Below, one piece after another: positions 1 through 9,761 of a stretch of 64,000 nt of DNA. The stretch is taken from NCBI GenBank assembly GCA_965248925.1, contig CBDFLE010000005.1, positions 1,088,001 through 1,152,000 on the forward strand, given 5' to 3'. Position numbers and translations under genes: made by a program. Source of the stretch: Candidatus Multivoradales bacterium (GTDB lineage Bacteria > Acidobacteriota > Thermoanaerobaculia > Multivoradales > J023). The stretch's first letter is position 1. Every line of letters starts with the position of its first letter. The notes under the pieces are model-generated. The model ran no database searches. It had not been told where the DNA came from and worked only from the letters and a program-made list of their open reading frames with translations.

Positions 1-519
1 GGTGGTCGCGGCTTGCGCCACGGTGCCGTTTTTCTGGTGGATCTCAAAGAAGGCGTTGACCACCGAAATGACGTGATCGCTGCCCGCCGTAAGCTCAGGA
101 TCTGGCGGGATCGAGCTCGAATTGGTGCGGTCTGGGCCCTCGAAGCTAGCCAAATTCACCGGCGCCCGGTTGACCAAGGTGGCGCTGGTGATCTGCCGCA
201 GATTCGGGTTTGGCGGCAAGAATTGCGCCGCGGCCCGCAGGTTCTCTTCCGCTTCCGCACCGATCAGCGACGGCGGACGCAAGCGACTCTTGAGCACCAC
301 TGTGTTGTCGAAATCAGCGGTTTCGCCGATGGTGGCTACCTGCCGCATGTTGATTGCCGTCGGGGCGATCGGCGCCGTGTCGAAGCCTTCTCCGCTGCCG
401 GTTACCGGAGTCGCTTCGAAGGTGGCCGGTGCCGCCGGCGCGAGGTTTGAATGATGGCTGCAGCCGATGTTCAGCAGCAGCAAGACCAGCATCAAAATGC
501 CGAGGATATTTCGCTTCAT
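1..519 (-). CDS. Secreted lipoprotein, 5' part (runs off window edge); PPDP-motif family like 59827-61584
   Basis: Not in the ORF track because there is no stop. Manual translation MKRNILGILMLVLLLLNIGC (lipobox)...SIPPDPELTAGSDHVISVVNAFFEIHQKNG; AGGAG RBS upstream. Confidence 0.8.
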   Translation of the reverse strand, partial: MKRNILGILMLVLLLLNIGCSHHSNLAPAAPATFEATPVTGSGEGFDTAPIAPTAINMRQVATIGETADFDNTVVLKSRLRPPSLIGAEAEENLRAAAQFLPPNPNLRQITSATLVNRAPVNLASFEGPDRTNSSSIPPDPELTAGSDHVISVVNAFFEIHQKNGTVAQAATT

Positions 520-605
520 CAAGTTTCTCTCCTTGGTCGAATTCAGCCAGGTCCAAGCTGGCCGCAGGCCCAGCTCTCCAAGTCTTACACAATAGAAATA
601 CGAGC

Positions 606-684
606 GTCGAGGTCGTCGTCGAGGTCGTCGTTGTGCAACGAGCAAGACTACAGAAAAACGCCACAGAAAAACGCCACAGAAAAA
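606..684. repeat. Two short tandem repeats: GTCGAGGTCGTC x2 (606-629) and ACAGAAAAACGCC x2.7 (650-684)
   Basis: Read directly in the intergenic region upstream of the lipoprotein gene. Confidence 0.85.
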
Positions 685-860
685 TCCTCAGCGCAACAAT
701 CTAGACGCCCCAGGGCAGGAAAAACCGGGACAGCCCAAACGCACAGAAGTTCATTGTACCAGTTTGCTGAATTACTTTGGTGAAAGCCCACCGCAGTGGG
801 GGCTTAAGAGTATTGAGCTTGCGCGGTAGATGCAAGCTGCGATAGGCCGGACAGGTGCCC

Positions 861-2750
861 TTACCAGCCCACGCAACCGCCCACCGCCTGGTCCTGCGCC
901 CAGGGAGCTTGCCGCGCCCACCGGCGCAAGATATCCGGCCGCTGATCGAGCAGCGCTAGCGCCGCCGGCAAGGGTAGAGCACGCTCGGTCAGCTGACGCG
1001 CCTCGCCAAGCCGTCGCCGCCACTCTGCCCGGCTCATCCTCGGTGCCAGCAAGTGGCCTTCGACCCCCTGGCCGAGCAGCAAAATATCGCGGCCAAAGTC
1101 TCCCCACAAGCTGTCGAACGACAGCAGATGAGGCCGGTAGGACAGCGGCGCCGATTCGCGAAAAAGCGCCAGGGCGGTCGCGGCATCGCCGATCTCGACA
1201 TGCTGGCGGCAGTGGCGCCAAAAAGGCGAATCGAGACGGCGGTTGAAGCGGAAATGCAGGGCCAGGAACCATCTTAGATCGTCCCAGAAATCACCCAGAT
1301 ATTGGTTTACCAAGCGCCGTCCAGCGGGTTCGTCGAGACGCCGGGGAAAGTGCCGCACCAGGGTGGTTACCGCCACCAGAACCATGTGCAGAGCGGTCGA
1401 CTCGAGAGGCTCGACAAAGCCATATGCGTTGCCCAGGGCAAAGACATTGCCGCGCCAGGCCCGCCGTCGTCGACCACTGGTGAAAGACAGCAGGCGAAGT
1501 TCGCCGACACCGGGCACGGCGGCTCGCAGCTCGCTCTCGGCAGCCGCCACGGTGGTCATCGCCTGGGCAAAGACATAACCAATGTGGTCTTCCGCCGCCA
1601 ACGAGATTCGCCAGCGCCAACCATGCCGCATGGTGCTGGCGGTGGTGAAAGCCGAGGGCGGCATGCCGCCACCGAAACTGCCAGGCACCGTGCCAAGCAG
1701 CACCGCATCGGTGGGCAAACTGCCGGCCCAAGGGTCGAAGGGCTCGCCAAGAGCCTCGCCGAGCAACCGCGAAGCAAAGCCGGAGGCATCTATCCAGAGA
1801 TCAAACTCGAACTCTTCGCCAGCGTCGGTGAGCACTGCCGCCAAGCCTTCACCAGCAGTATCCGGACGCGCCTCCACTACTTGTCGATCGATGAACCGGA
1901 TCCCGGACCGTCGCGCCACGCTTTGCAAATAGTCGACGAAAGGTCGATTGTCGAGGTGGTAGGCGAAGGGAGCCGGCAGCAGCTCGTAGTGGCCGCCGCC
2001 AGCGTCCAGCAGCGGACTACGGTCGGCTTCCATCAGCAAAGAGGCCGGACAGTAGGTGTTGAAATCACCGGAGTAGTGCAGCGCCTCGAGTAGCGGGCCG
2101 CGCTGAAACGGGTAGTTAAAATGGCCGCTCCCCGGTCTGCCCCAGTCGAAACGAATGCCCAGCTTCCACACCGGCCGCACCCGCTCGAACAGCTCCTGCG
2201 GGTCAAGTCCCAGGGTCCCGTGGAGAAAAGCCGGCATCAGAGGAGTGGTGGCCTCACCGACACCAATCACCGGAATCTGACTCGAGGCCACCACCGTCAC
2301 TTCAAGCTCGGGCAGCTTGCGACGTAGGCCCAATGCCGCCAGCAATCCGGCTGTGCCGCCCCCTAGGACACCGACGGTTCGCACCTCCGATCCCGGCGAC
2401 CGCCGTGGCCGGCCCAGGTCGAGCTGGGCGGTCACTCGGGCACTGTCGAGATTCACCGAGGGCGGCAAGTGGGGCTCGAGAACGACCCCACAAAGCTGCC
2501 ACAACACCTGCCGTACCTCGGCCTCGGCATAGCGCGACGCGGCGGCGGCGATCACTTCCCGCACCGTGCGATGACTGTCGACCAAGCCGAGCAAGAACTC
2601 TAGATCGGCTTGGACCAGGCCCGGAAAACGCAGCCGGCGGCCCTCGACCCGCACTCCCAGCGTGCCCCCGCGGTCGCTCAACTCCACACCGTCGAGGCGC
2701 CGCAAGACGAGGTCCTCGAAACGCGGTGGTTCGCCCTGCTCTGCTGCCAT
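861..2750 (-). CDS. Tryptophan-halogenase-family flavin-dependent halogenase with N-terminal RRE/PqqD-like extension
   Basis: GGGTAG FAD motif, IGVGEAT, KLGIRF, WRWRI (WxWxIP-like), GFVEPLEST; extra ~95 aa containing LVDSHRTVREVI. Confidence 0.9.
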   Translation of the reverse strand: MAAEQGEPPRFEDLVLRRLDGVELSDRGGTLGVRVEGRRLRFPGLVQADLEFLLGLVDSHRTVREVIAAAASRYAEAEVRQVLWQLCGVVLEPHLPPSVNLDSARVTAQLDLGRPRRSPGSEVRTVGVLGGGTAGLLAALGLRRKLPELEVTVVASSQIPVIGVGEATTPLMPAFLHGTLGLDPQELFERVRPVWKLGIRFDWGRPGSGHFNYPFQRGPLLEALHYSGDFNTYCPASLLMEADRSPLLDAGGGHYELLPAPFAYHLDNRPFVDYLQSVARRSGIRFIDRQVVEARPDTAGEGLAAVLTDAGEEFEFDLWIDASGFASRLLGEALGEPFDPWAGSLPTDAVLLGTVPGSFGGGMPPSAFTTASTMRHGWRWRISLAAEDHIGYVFAQAMTTVAAAESELRAAVPGVGELRLLSFTSGRRRRAWRGNVFALGNAYGFVEPLESTALHMVLVAVTTLVRHFPRRLDEPAGRRLVNQYLGDFWDDLRWFLALHFRFNRRLDSPFWRHCRQHVEIGDAATALALFRESAPLSYRPHLLSFDSLWGDFGRDILLLGQGVEGHLLAPRMSRAEWRRRLGEARQLTERALPLPAALALLDQRPDILRRWARQAPWAQDQAVGGCVGW

Positions 2751-2921
2751 GGATGGGCTCCTGTGCCGAGAATCAAAAGCTGTTCAACGTCGACGTCTAC
2801 GACCGCCGGACAGGCAAGGCTAGGCTATACCTTCGATCTGAGCTATTTGATACCATCTATTTGATCCAATCGGCTCGACTCAACCCGATCGACTCGGCGG
2901 AGGGCTTGGAGACCGTGACTG

Positions 2922-3134
2922 TCACTCGTTCGATCCACCACCAGCGCTTGCGGCGAGCCAATGAGTATGCCCCGGCGCCTCGCGCAAGAAATAGAAGCTG
3001 GCCAACTTGCGCAATTCCTCGAACACTACCGGCGGCAACTTGTCGAGGGCCTGCTCATCCCGACCACTCCAGTCGGCGAGAATCGCGGTGATCTCGGAGG
3101 CCGTGGCGGGACGAGAATCAATCCTACGGTTCAT
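2922..3134 (-). pseudogene. Truncated ECF sigma factor of the kinase-associated (TIGR02999-like) type
   Basis: EITAILADWSGRDEQALDKLPPVVFEELRKLASFYFLREAPGHT matches the family N-terminus; similarity ends there and a stop follows. Confidence 0.75.
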
Positions 3135-3148
3135 GGCCTTCTCCCAGT

Positions 3149-5131
3149 TCAGCGTTCGAGCAGAAAGAATCCGGCCGGCCGCGAACCATCGCTGCAAGTC
3201 AAGATGGTCAGCCGGTGAGCCCCGGCATCCAGCTTCACCGGCAAGGTCACTCCGGCGCCCAACACCGCTCCCAGGGTACCGGTCGAAGCCAACGCCCGGC
3301 CATCCAACCACAAGCTCGTGACACCGACCGGAGCCAACTCCCAGCGTCGCCGCTCGGCCTTGGCCAGCTGAAAATCATGCACCAAAGCCTGGCAGCGACT
3401 GGGCGGCTGCAAGCGCCCGCAGTCGACCAACCCCTCGCTGGCCCGCAGTTCAGCCGCGACTAACCGCGGGTAGGCCGGCCACTCCGGCACTGGCTGGTCG
3501 GGCATCACCGGCAGCTCGGTGCCTCGCGGTACCAAACGCCAGTCGAGCACAAAGTCCTGATTGCCTTCAGCCACTAACTCGTAGAGCAATGTGTAGCCGC
3601 CATAGCGCAGTCTAAACCGAGGGTCAGCCTCTAGCTGGCGCAGCAAGGCAGGGTGGCGATGGAACCGCGATAGGGCCAGAAAGTCGCTGTCGAGTCGCTG
3701 CCGCAAGGCCAGCGGAATATCCGCCTCACGCCCCTCCATAACGGCCCGCAGGGAGGCGTGCTCGGCAGCAAAAGGCAACGCCATGAACACCGGGTCGAGG
3801 ACGTTGAGGTAGCGTCCGTGGGGGGCAAAAAAGAAATAGTTATGAGTTGCACCCCACTCTGCCGCCACCCGAGCTCCAGGCGGTAGGGCTCGGCCAAAAG
3901 CGGTCCAGTCTTCCTCGCGCTCGAGTTCCGTGCCGCTCGACTGGCTCAGACCCGACAAGAACTCCTGACTGCGATAGCCGCCGACCAGCAGCGGCAGGAG
4001 TAAAAGCGACCACAGCGGCAAGGTGCCCCGGCCCCAGAGCGAGATCCGCGCGCCAATGCCAAATCCCCTAGCGCGCAACCCGAAGAGCAAGGCCAGGCTG
4101 AAGAAGGGAATAGCGTAGGTCGAGAATCGCAGCATCAGACAGTAAAGTCCGCACCACGCCACCGCCGCCACCGCGAAGACATCCGCCAGCTGCCGGTCCT
4201 CCACCGTTGGCTCGCTGGCCATAGGTCGCCGGGCCAACCACAGCAAGCCCAGCACCAGAGCCCAGGGGAGGTTCATCAGCAAGAGGTCGGCGGCGCTCTG
4301 CGAACCGATCTCCGTACCGACGTCGAGCACCGATTTGTAGCGGAAGAAATCGATGCTCTGCACTTTCCACACCCGCAAGTTGTGCGGCAGATGGGGGTGC
4401 AGCAGAAGTCCGCTCACGGTGCCGAGCAAGCTGTAGAGCAGCAAGCGCCAATGCCAGCAACGCCGCATCCAGCCTTGCTGTAGGAACCACAGAAAACAAA
4501 GCCCCACCAGGGCGTGAAACGCGGTGTAGGAGAGAGCGAAAAGAACCGCCACGACTCCCAACCAGCGGAATCTGCCGCTGCCGGCGCACCAGCTGGCGAG
4601 CAGCAGTAGAGCCAGCGCTAGCAACTCGGGTCGCAGGCGAACCGCCCGGCCGAGGAAGGCCAAGGAGCCAAAGTAGCTCACCCAGGGCACCAGCAAGAGC
4701 ACTCCCCAGGCCAGCCCGCGTCTCCGGCCGGCCGGCCGGCGCAAGGCCCTGGCGCCCAGGGCGGCCAGCAACCCCACCAGCAGGCCATTCCACAAAGCCA
4801 GCGCCCAGCGCCCACCGAGGCTGGCCTGCTCCCCCCCAGCGAGCGGCACCATCAAGAGGTGGAAGAGCAGCTCTTTATCGCCAAAACCATCACGCAGCAG
4901 ACTGAACCGTAGCCAGGGCAATTGATCGACGACCCCCTCTTCGGCGTACAGCCGGGCAATTCCCAAGTGGTAATAGGAGTCGGTGTCGTAGAGTACCGGG
5001 AAACTGGTAAACAGCAGGCCGAAGAGCAAGGTCGACAAGAGCGCCAGCAGGAGGACGGCGAGCCGTTGCAGCCCGGCCGCGCGCGGCGGACCTCCAGCAC
5101 TGTTCAGCCGGTGAAGACGCTCAGTCAGCAT
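3149..5131 (-). CDS. Polytopic membrane protein, probable GT-C-fold glycosyltransferase with soluble C-terminal domain
   Basis: About 10 hydrophobic segments; DTDSYYHL loop after the first TM helix. Confidence 0.6.
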   Translation of the reverse strand: MLTERLHRLNSAGGPPRAAGLQRLAVLLLALLSTLLFGLLFTSFPVLYDTDSYYHLGIARLYAEEGVVDQLPWLRFSLLRDGFGDKELLFHLLMVPLAGGEQASLGGRWALALWNGLLVGLLAALGARALRRPAGRRRGLAWGVLLLVPWVSYFGSLAFLGRAVRLRPELLALALLLLASWCAGSGRFRWLGVVAVLFALSYTAFHALVGLCFLWFLQQGWMRRCWHWRLLLYSLLGTVSGLLLHPHLPHNLRVWKVQSIDFFRYKSVLDVGTEIGSQSAADLLLMNLPWALVLGLLWLARRPMASEPTVEDRQLADVFAVAAVAWCGLYCLMLRFSTYAIPFFSLALLFGLRARGFGIGARISLWGRGTLPLWSLLLLPLLVGGYRSQEFLSGLSQSSGTELEREEDWTAFGRALPPGARVAAEWGATHNYFFFAPHGRYLNVLDPVFMALPFAAEHASLRAVMEGREADIPLALRQRLDSDFLALSRFHRHPALLRQLEADPRFRLRYGGYTLLYELVAEGNQDFVLDWRLVPRGTELPVMPDQPVPEWPAYPRLVAAELRASEGLVDCGRLQPPSRCQALVHDFQLAKAERRRWELAPVGVTSLWLDGRALASTGTLGAVLGAGVTLPVKLDAGAHRLTILTCSDGSRPAGFFLLER

Positions 5132-5234
5132 GGGCGAATTGTATCCGTGGTTTTTTGATAGATTTGGTCTACTAGTTCATCAGCGCCGACAAAGAGTCGG
5201 TATCGCAAATTTGGACGCACAGAAGGGAAGGTGG

Positions 5235-5849
5235 ATGGCCGGCGATGTGCACGAGATGCTGCAGCGGGTGCTGTCACGCGAAGCCGAGGGCTACGCTTGG
5301 CTCTACGACAGTTTCGCCACCAAGCTCTATCGCCGCCTCAGCCAGCGCTACGCTCATGCGGGAGGACTTGAGGCCGCCGACCTACTCCAGGATGCTTTTC
5401 TCTTTTTCCTACAGAATGACCACCGTGTCCTGCGTTACTTCTTAGACCGGACACCTCGCAGCGAGCAGACCGAGCAGCGCTTCGAGCGCCACCTTTGGGA
5501 TCTGGCCTGCGGTGTCGCCTCCAACCGGCGGCGGTCGGCGGCACAGCGCAAGGGTACCGTGCCTTTGGGCCATATCACCGAGGTCACCGCCTCGCCAGAA
5601 CCCGGCGCCGAACGCCGTCTGGTCGATCGCGATCGCTTGCAGAAGCTCAACGACTGCCTGGAGCGCTCGAGCGAGCGGGTCTACCTCTACTTCAAAATGC
5701 GTTTCGCCGACGGCCTGGCGCCAGAGGAGATTTGCGCGGCCACCGGTTGGTCACGGCGATCCACGTACAAGCTACGCCAAGCGCTCAACAAAGCGGTCGA
5801 CAAATGCGCGGAGGCTCTGGGCCTAGAGTTGACTGGTGGAGATCCTTGA
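5235..5849 (+). CDS. ECF-type sigma-70 factor
   Basis: Region 2 (AADLLQDAFL) and region 4 (FKMRFADGLAPEEICAATGWSRRSTY); ATG 5235 after GGGAAGG. Confidence 0.85.
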   Translation: MAGDVHEMLQRVLSREAEGYAWLYDSFATKLYRRLSQRYAHAGGLEAADLLQDAFLFFLQNDHRVLRYFLDRTPRSEQTEQRFERHLWDLACGVASNRRRSAAQRKGTVPLGHITEVTASPEPGAERRLVDRDRLQKLNDCLERSSERVYLYFKMRFADGLAPEEICAATGWSRRSTYKLRQALNKAVDKCAEALGLELTGGDP

Positions 5850-5851
5850 CC

Positions 5852-8707
5852 ATGCTCCCCAGGCGCTCATTTGTCAGCCGGCTGCCGGCACTTGCCCTGA
5901 CCGGGCTAGCAATCTGCTTGGCCAGCGCTTGCCGGCTGGCCGAGAGCGAGCCTCCGCCAATTCTCCTCAGCGCTGATCTGCGCCGTGCCCAAGAGGTCGA
6001 TATCGACGCCAACGGTCAGCTTCGTCCACGCTTTGTCGGCCGCCGAAACGACATCTACGTCTGTGTCGAGCCGGGCAAAGAAGAAAGCACCAGCCAATGG
6101 CAAGCCCGCTTCGCTCTCGGTCGCCAGCCCCGCCCAGCCGATCCGCCGCGCCCGGCGGTCCACAGTTTTCAGCAGGTTTGTTTTGGTGAGCCCATCCCGG
6201 CGGATTTACAGCCCAACCCGGCACTGATCCTGCACGGCGTGATCTACCGCCATGGCCAGCAGGTACACGAGATAGAACCCCAGATCTTCGCTTACCAGCT
6301 CGATGATCGAGACTTCGGAGAGTGGGTCAGCGAAGACCAGGTCAGCGCCTGTCAACCCATCTTCTCCAGCATCGGTCGCCGCTGTGATAGCGGCCTCGAT
6401 TGGCTTTGCTTCCAGATTTTTCTTGCCTGCCAGTCACGGCTGGCAGCTAACGACCCGCAGAACAAGGACTTGGCGGGCGACTTCGATGCTTTGGAAGAAC
6501 TGGCCAAAACCGCCAACCTGCCGTTAACCGCGGTCAAGCAGAAAGCCATCGCGGCCTTCTTTTTCCGCCAGAAGGGAAGTCCGGAAGCCTTTGCGGAAGC
6601 ACGCTCGCGACTCGCCAGCCTCCCTCCGTGGATCGAGCAACGGCCGGCGGACGAAGCTCATGGCATTGTCCATCAGACTCGCGGCGATTTAGCCGCTGCC
6701 CATGGCGACCTCAAGACAGCGCTGGGTTCATTCGAACAATCTACTCAATTGCTGCGCCGCGCGTTCAGCGTCGAACATCTTTCGAATCGTTTCAAGCGGG
6801 CCAAGATTATTGGGCTGGCGGGATCCGAGCGGGAAGCCATTGAGAGCCTGGAAGCGACCCTTGAGGATTGCACTGCCCTTACTTGCCGGCCGGCCTTGGT
6901 GGCCGCCGCCCGCGGCGACATCGCCTGGTGGACCCTGCTCGATCCGCAGAGCAGCAAGCAAGAAATCGCCGCGGAGGCCGAGTCCCTAGAGTCCGTCTTA
7001 CACCTGCTCGCCAGCGAGGGACCTGTTGCAACGGCGATTCAGCTCATCAACCTGGCGATGCTCTACTCCCGTCTCGACCAAGACCCCATGGCGACACTGA
7101 AAAAAGCCCTGAGCCTGGTCGAGGGTGACGATTCACGGCGAGCTCGCCAGGTCAAGGGGTGGTCCGAACTGGTGATCGGCCAAGAAGGCCTGAAAGCCGG
7201 AGCTCACGCCCAAGCGCTGGCGCATTGTACCCACGCCGCCACCAGCGCCAAGAATCACCAAGCAGAAACCCTGGAGGCCTTCGCTTGGACCTGCCGAGGA
7301 CGAGCTGAGCAGCAGAGGAAGAACTTCGACAGCGCCCTGGCGGCCTTCCGCCAAGCTCGCCACCTCTACGAATCGGCAAACCCCAATCAGCTGAGTCAGG
7401 ACATCTCTCAGTCTCCCGGCCCGCGTGCCGAGACTTACTACCGCGAGGCCAGTGTCTTGCTCGAGCGCGGCTCGGCGGGCGACCCGCAGCGGGCGTGGCG
7501 GCTGTTGGCGCAGCTCGACGTGCTGCCACCCATCGGTGTTCTGGTTGGCGCCAGTGACGCGGACCACGCCAAGATTGGCAAGCTGCGCGACGAGCTGGGC
7601 GACCTCGAGGGAATAGCCCCGCCCAAAGAAAGGGAGCTGCGCGAAAAGAGAAAACGTGAGCTGAGGGAGAAGATCCAGCGCCTGACTCGGGAGACCTACA
7701 ACGCGGTTCGGCGGCAGCCGAGTCCCGATCGTGAGTTGCGTTTTCGCGCCTTCACCATCGATGATCAGATCTTCCTGTTACACCGCGACAGCCAAGGCCG
7801 AGCGCGGTTGATCCGCAGTACGGAAATGGCCAGCCAGGAGCTGCGTCGGCTGACCGATCAGTTGACCCGAGCATTGGCGGGGATTGGTGAGCCGGTAGAT
7901 GATCAGTTGTGGCGGTCGTGGAGCGAGCCCCTAGCCGCTGCCTTGGTGCCCGAGACCAAGCTGCTGGAGGATCTCAGTTCTTTTGCCATGCACGGCGTTC
8001 TACAAGCAGTACCCCTCGCCGCGCTGCCTCTGGCAGAGGGCGGCTGGCTCGGCGATCTGACGACCGTCGTGGTCCGACCGGCGGGCACCAGCGAACTGCC
8101 GCCGACCGACAATCGGGGTGGCCGACCGCTGGTGGTGGTCGATCCGACCAGTGATCTGCGCAGCGGCCCGACATTGAAGAGCTTCTACAGCAAGACTCTG
8201 CCTGACGCCCACGTACTGTATCGCCAACAAGCTACGGTCGCCGCCTTCCGCAACGACCTCGCCGAGGCCAAATGGCTGCACATCGACGCCCACGGCAACT
8301 ACTTTGACTACTTCCCAGAACTGTCGAGCCTGAAGCTGGCCGATGGCGACTTCGCTATTTCCGATCTGGACGAAGTCTGGGCACGCCTCGACTTCGCCAA
8401 TCTGAGCAGCTGCCGCACTGGTAGCTGGCCGATCACTGCTAACGCCGGCCGCTACGGTATCGCCGGCCACGTGGCGAGATTGGGAAGGCCCTGGGTGCTG
8501 GCCAGTCGCACCGACCTCACCGACAAGCTGGCCAGTGCTTTCAACAAAGCCTTCTATCTGCTGATCGCCGATGGCCAGGCAGTACCCGAAGCCTACCGTC
8601 AAGCGCTGGCGCAGGTGCGCATCGAGCAACCCGCCAGCGAGTGGGCAGCGCTGCTGCTACTGCGCGCCGCGCCGACTCCTGCAGGGGTCACAGCGAGCGG
8701 TGGCTGA
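5852..8707 (+). CDS. TPR-CHAT (caspase-like) protease with Tat/lipoprotein-like signal
   Basis: Catalytic motifs WLHIDAHG and NLSSCRTG; LQAVPLAALP; EWAALLL tail; helical TPR-like middle; N-terminus PRRSFV...LASAC. Confidence 0.9.
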   Translation: MLPRRSFVSRLPALALTGLAICLASACRLAESEPPPILLSADLRRAQEVDIDANGQLRPRFVGRRNDIYVCVEPGKEESTSQWQARFALGRQPRPADPPRPAVHSFQQVCFGEPIPADLQPNPALILHGVIYRHGQQVHEIEPQIFAYQLDDRDFGEWVSEDQVSACQPIFSSIGRRCDSGLDWLCFQIFLACQSRLAANDPQNKDLAGDFDALEELAKTANLPLTAVKQKAIAAFFFRQKGSPEAFAEARSRLASLPPWIEQRPADEAHGIVHQTRGDLAAAHGDLKTALGSFEQSTQLLRRAFSVEHLSNRFKRAKIIGLAGSEREAIESLEATLEDCTALTCRPALVAAARGDIAWWTLLDPQSSKQEIAAEAESLESVLHLLASEGPVATAIQLINLAMLYSRLDQDPMATLKKALSLVEGDDSRRARQVKGWSELVIGQEGLKAGAHAQALAHCTHAATSAKNHQAETLEAFAWTCRGRAEQQRKNFDSALAAFRQARHLYESANPNQLSQDISQSPGPRAETYYREASVLLERGSAGDPQRAWRLLAQLDVLPPIGVLVGASDADHAKIGKLRDELGDLEGIAPPKERELREKRKRELREKIQRLTRETYNAVRRQPSPDRELRFRAFTIDDQIFLLHRDSQGRARLIRSTEMASQELRRLTDQLTRALAGIGEPVDDQLWRSWSEPLAAALVPETKLLEDLSSFAMHGVLQAVPLAALPLAEGGWLGDLTTVVVRPAGTSELPPTDNRGGRPLVVVDPTSDLRSGPTLKSFYSKTLPDAHVLYRQQATVAAFRNDLAEAKWLHIDAHGNYFDYFPELSSLKLADGDFAISDLDEVWARLDFANLSSCRTGSWPITANAGRYGIAGHVARLGRPWVLASRTDLTDKLASAFNKAFYLLIADGQAVPEAYRQALAQVRIEQPASEWAALLLLRAAPTPAGVTASGG

Positions 8708-8727
8708 GCTGCCGGCAGCTGTGATGC

Positions 8728-8738
8728 GGGGGGGGGGG
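8728..8738. repeat. G11 homopolymer upstream of anti-sigma-like gene 1
   Basis: TGC-G11-CAG-T7 read directly. Confidence 0.9.
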
Positions 8739-8851
8739 CAGTTTTTTTCGAGATTTCTTGCCAACCAGGGGTCAAGAACCTCTTCCCTTGACTCCTGGGA
8801 TGGTAGAGGGTGGCTTCTTCTCGACCTCTCACTAATTTATTGGGGGACATC

Positions 8852-9688
8852 ATGAGACCGATCGACCGTGAAGAACTGCTGTGGGAATTGTCCGCCAGTG
8901 CCGAGCGAGCTGGCCAAATCGCACCGATCGACAGCCTGCTGATCCGCTACCGCGAAGACGATCTCTCGGCGGGGGAAAGGCGTCGGGTCGAAGAGCTGCT
9001 AGCTCACGATGCCAAGGCCCGTGCTCGTCTGGCGGAGCTCGCCGCGGCGCGGCCGCGAGAACCGCCGAGCGAACTCCGCGCGATGCTGCTCGGCCTGGCG
9101 GCACCTCCCCAACCCAACCGCTGGCGGCGCTCGGCCCTGCTAGCCATCGCCGCCACTACCCTGCTGGCCCTCGGCGCGCTGCTACACAGCACACTGGCTC
9201 CCGGCGGCAAGCCTCTACCGGCGGAAGTCGCTTTCGAGCTGTCGTTCAAGGGCGGGCTGAGGGAAGTGCGGGGCAATAATGAAGTTCCAACCCAGGCCGG
9301 CCACGCCGAAACTTACGAAACCTATCCTTCCGACACCATCGAGCTGTGGTTAACCCCCGAGATCGACATCGCTGACGACCTCGATTTGACCTATGGGGTC
9401 TACCTGCAAGACAACAACAAGCTGATCAAGAATACCGCCGTCGAGATCCGACCCGAAGGCGGCGGCGCCAAGCTCCTGATCCAAGCCAGCGAACTGCTGG
9501 GAGGCAAGCCCGGCAATTTTGAGATCTTTGTCGCTGTCGGCGCCTGCGCCCCCAATAGCATTCCACTGCGAGGCCGGGCGGCTCTGGAAGCACTGCATGG
9601 CGGCGGCCAGCGCCGCGCCTACTCACAACCGTTGAAGCTCATTCCGGAACCCACTGCGGAGGATCCGGGTCCAGATTTAGACAGTTGA
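8852..9688 (+). CDS. Anti-sigma-factor-like single-pass membrane protein (paralog 1)
   Basis: LLIRYREDDLSAGERRRVEELLAHDAKARARL resembles a zinc-free ZAS/ASD-I domain; one TM helix; C-terminal extracytoplasmic beta domain. Confidence 0.7.
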   Translation: MRPIDREELLWELSASAERAGQIAPIDSLLIRYREDDLSAGERRRVEELLAHDAKARARLAELAAARPREPPSELRAMLLGLAAPPQPNRWRRSALLAIAATTLLALGALLHSTLAPGGKPLPAEVAFELSFKGGLREVRGNNEVPTQAGHAETYETYPSDTIELWLTPEIDIADDLDLTYGVYLQDNNKLIKNTAVEIRPEGGGAKLLIQASELLGGKPGNFEIFVAVGACAPNSIPLRGRAALEALHGGGQRRAYSQPLKLIPEPTAEDPGPDLDS

Positions 9689-9761
9689 AGCCGCGGCATT
9701 CCTGGAGCTCGATCGAGCCCCGTTCTGGCGCTATTTTGTTACCGAGAGGAATGGGGATTCT

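Noticed and set aside
5495-5851. N-terminal extension of the CHAT ORF given in the ORF track
   Set aside because: Overlaps the ECF gene out of frame; ATG 5852 gives a proper signal peptide
5235-9688. Type III-E Craspase (Csx29/Csx30/CASP-sigma) locus
   Set aside because: No Cas7-11 or array, and the CHAT protein appears exported; the analogy is mechanistic only
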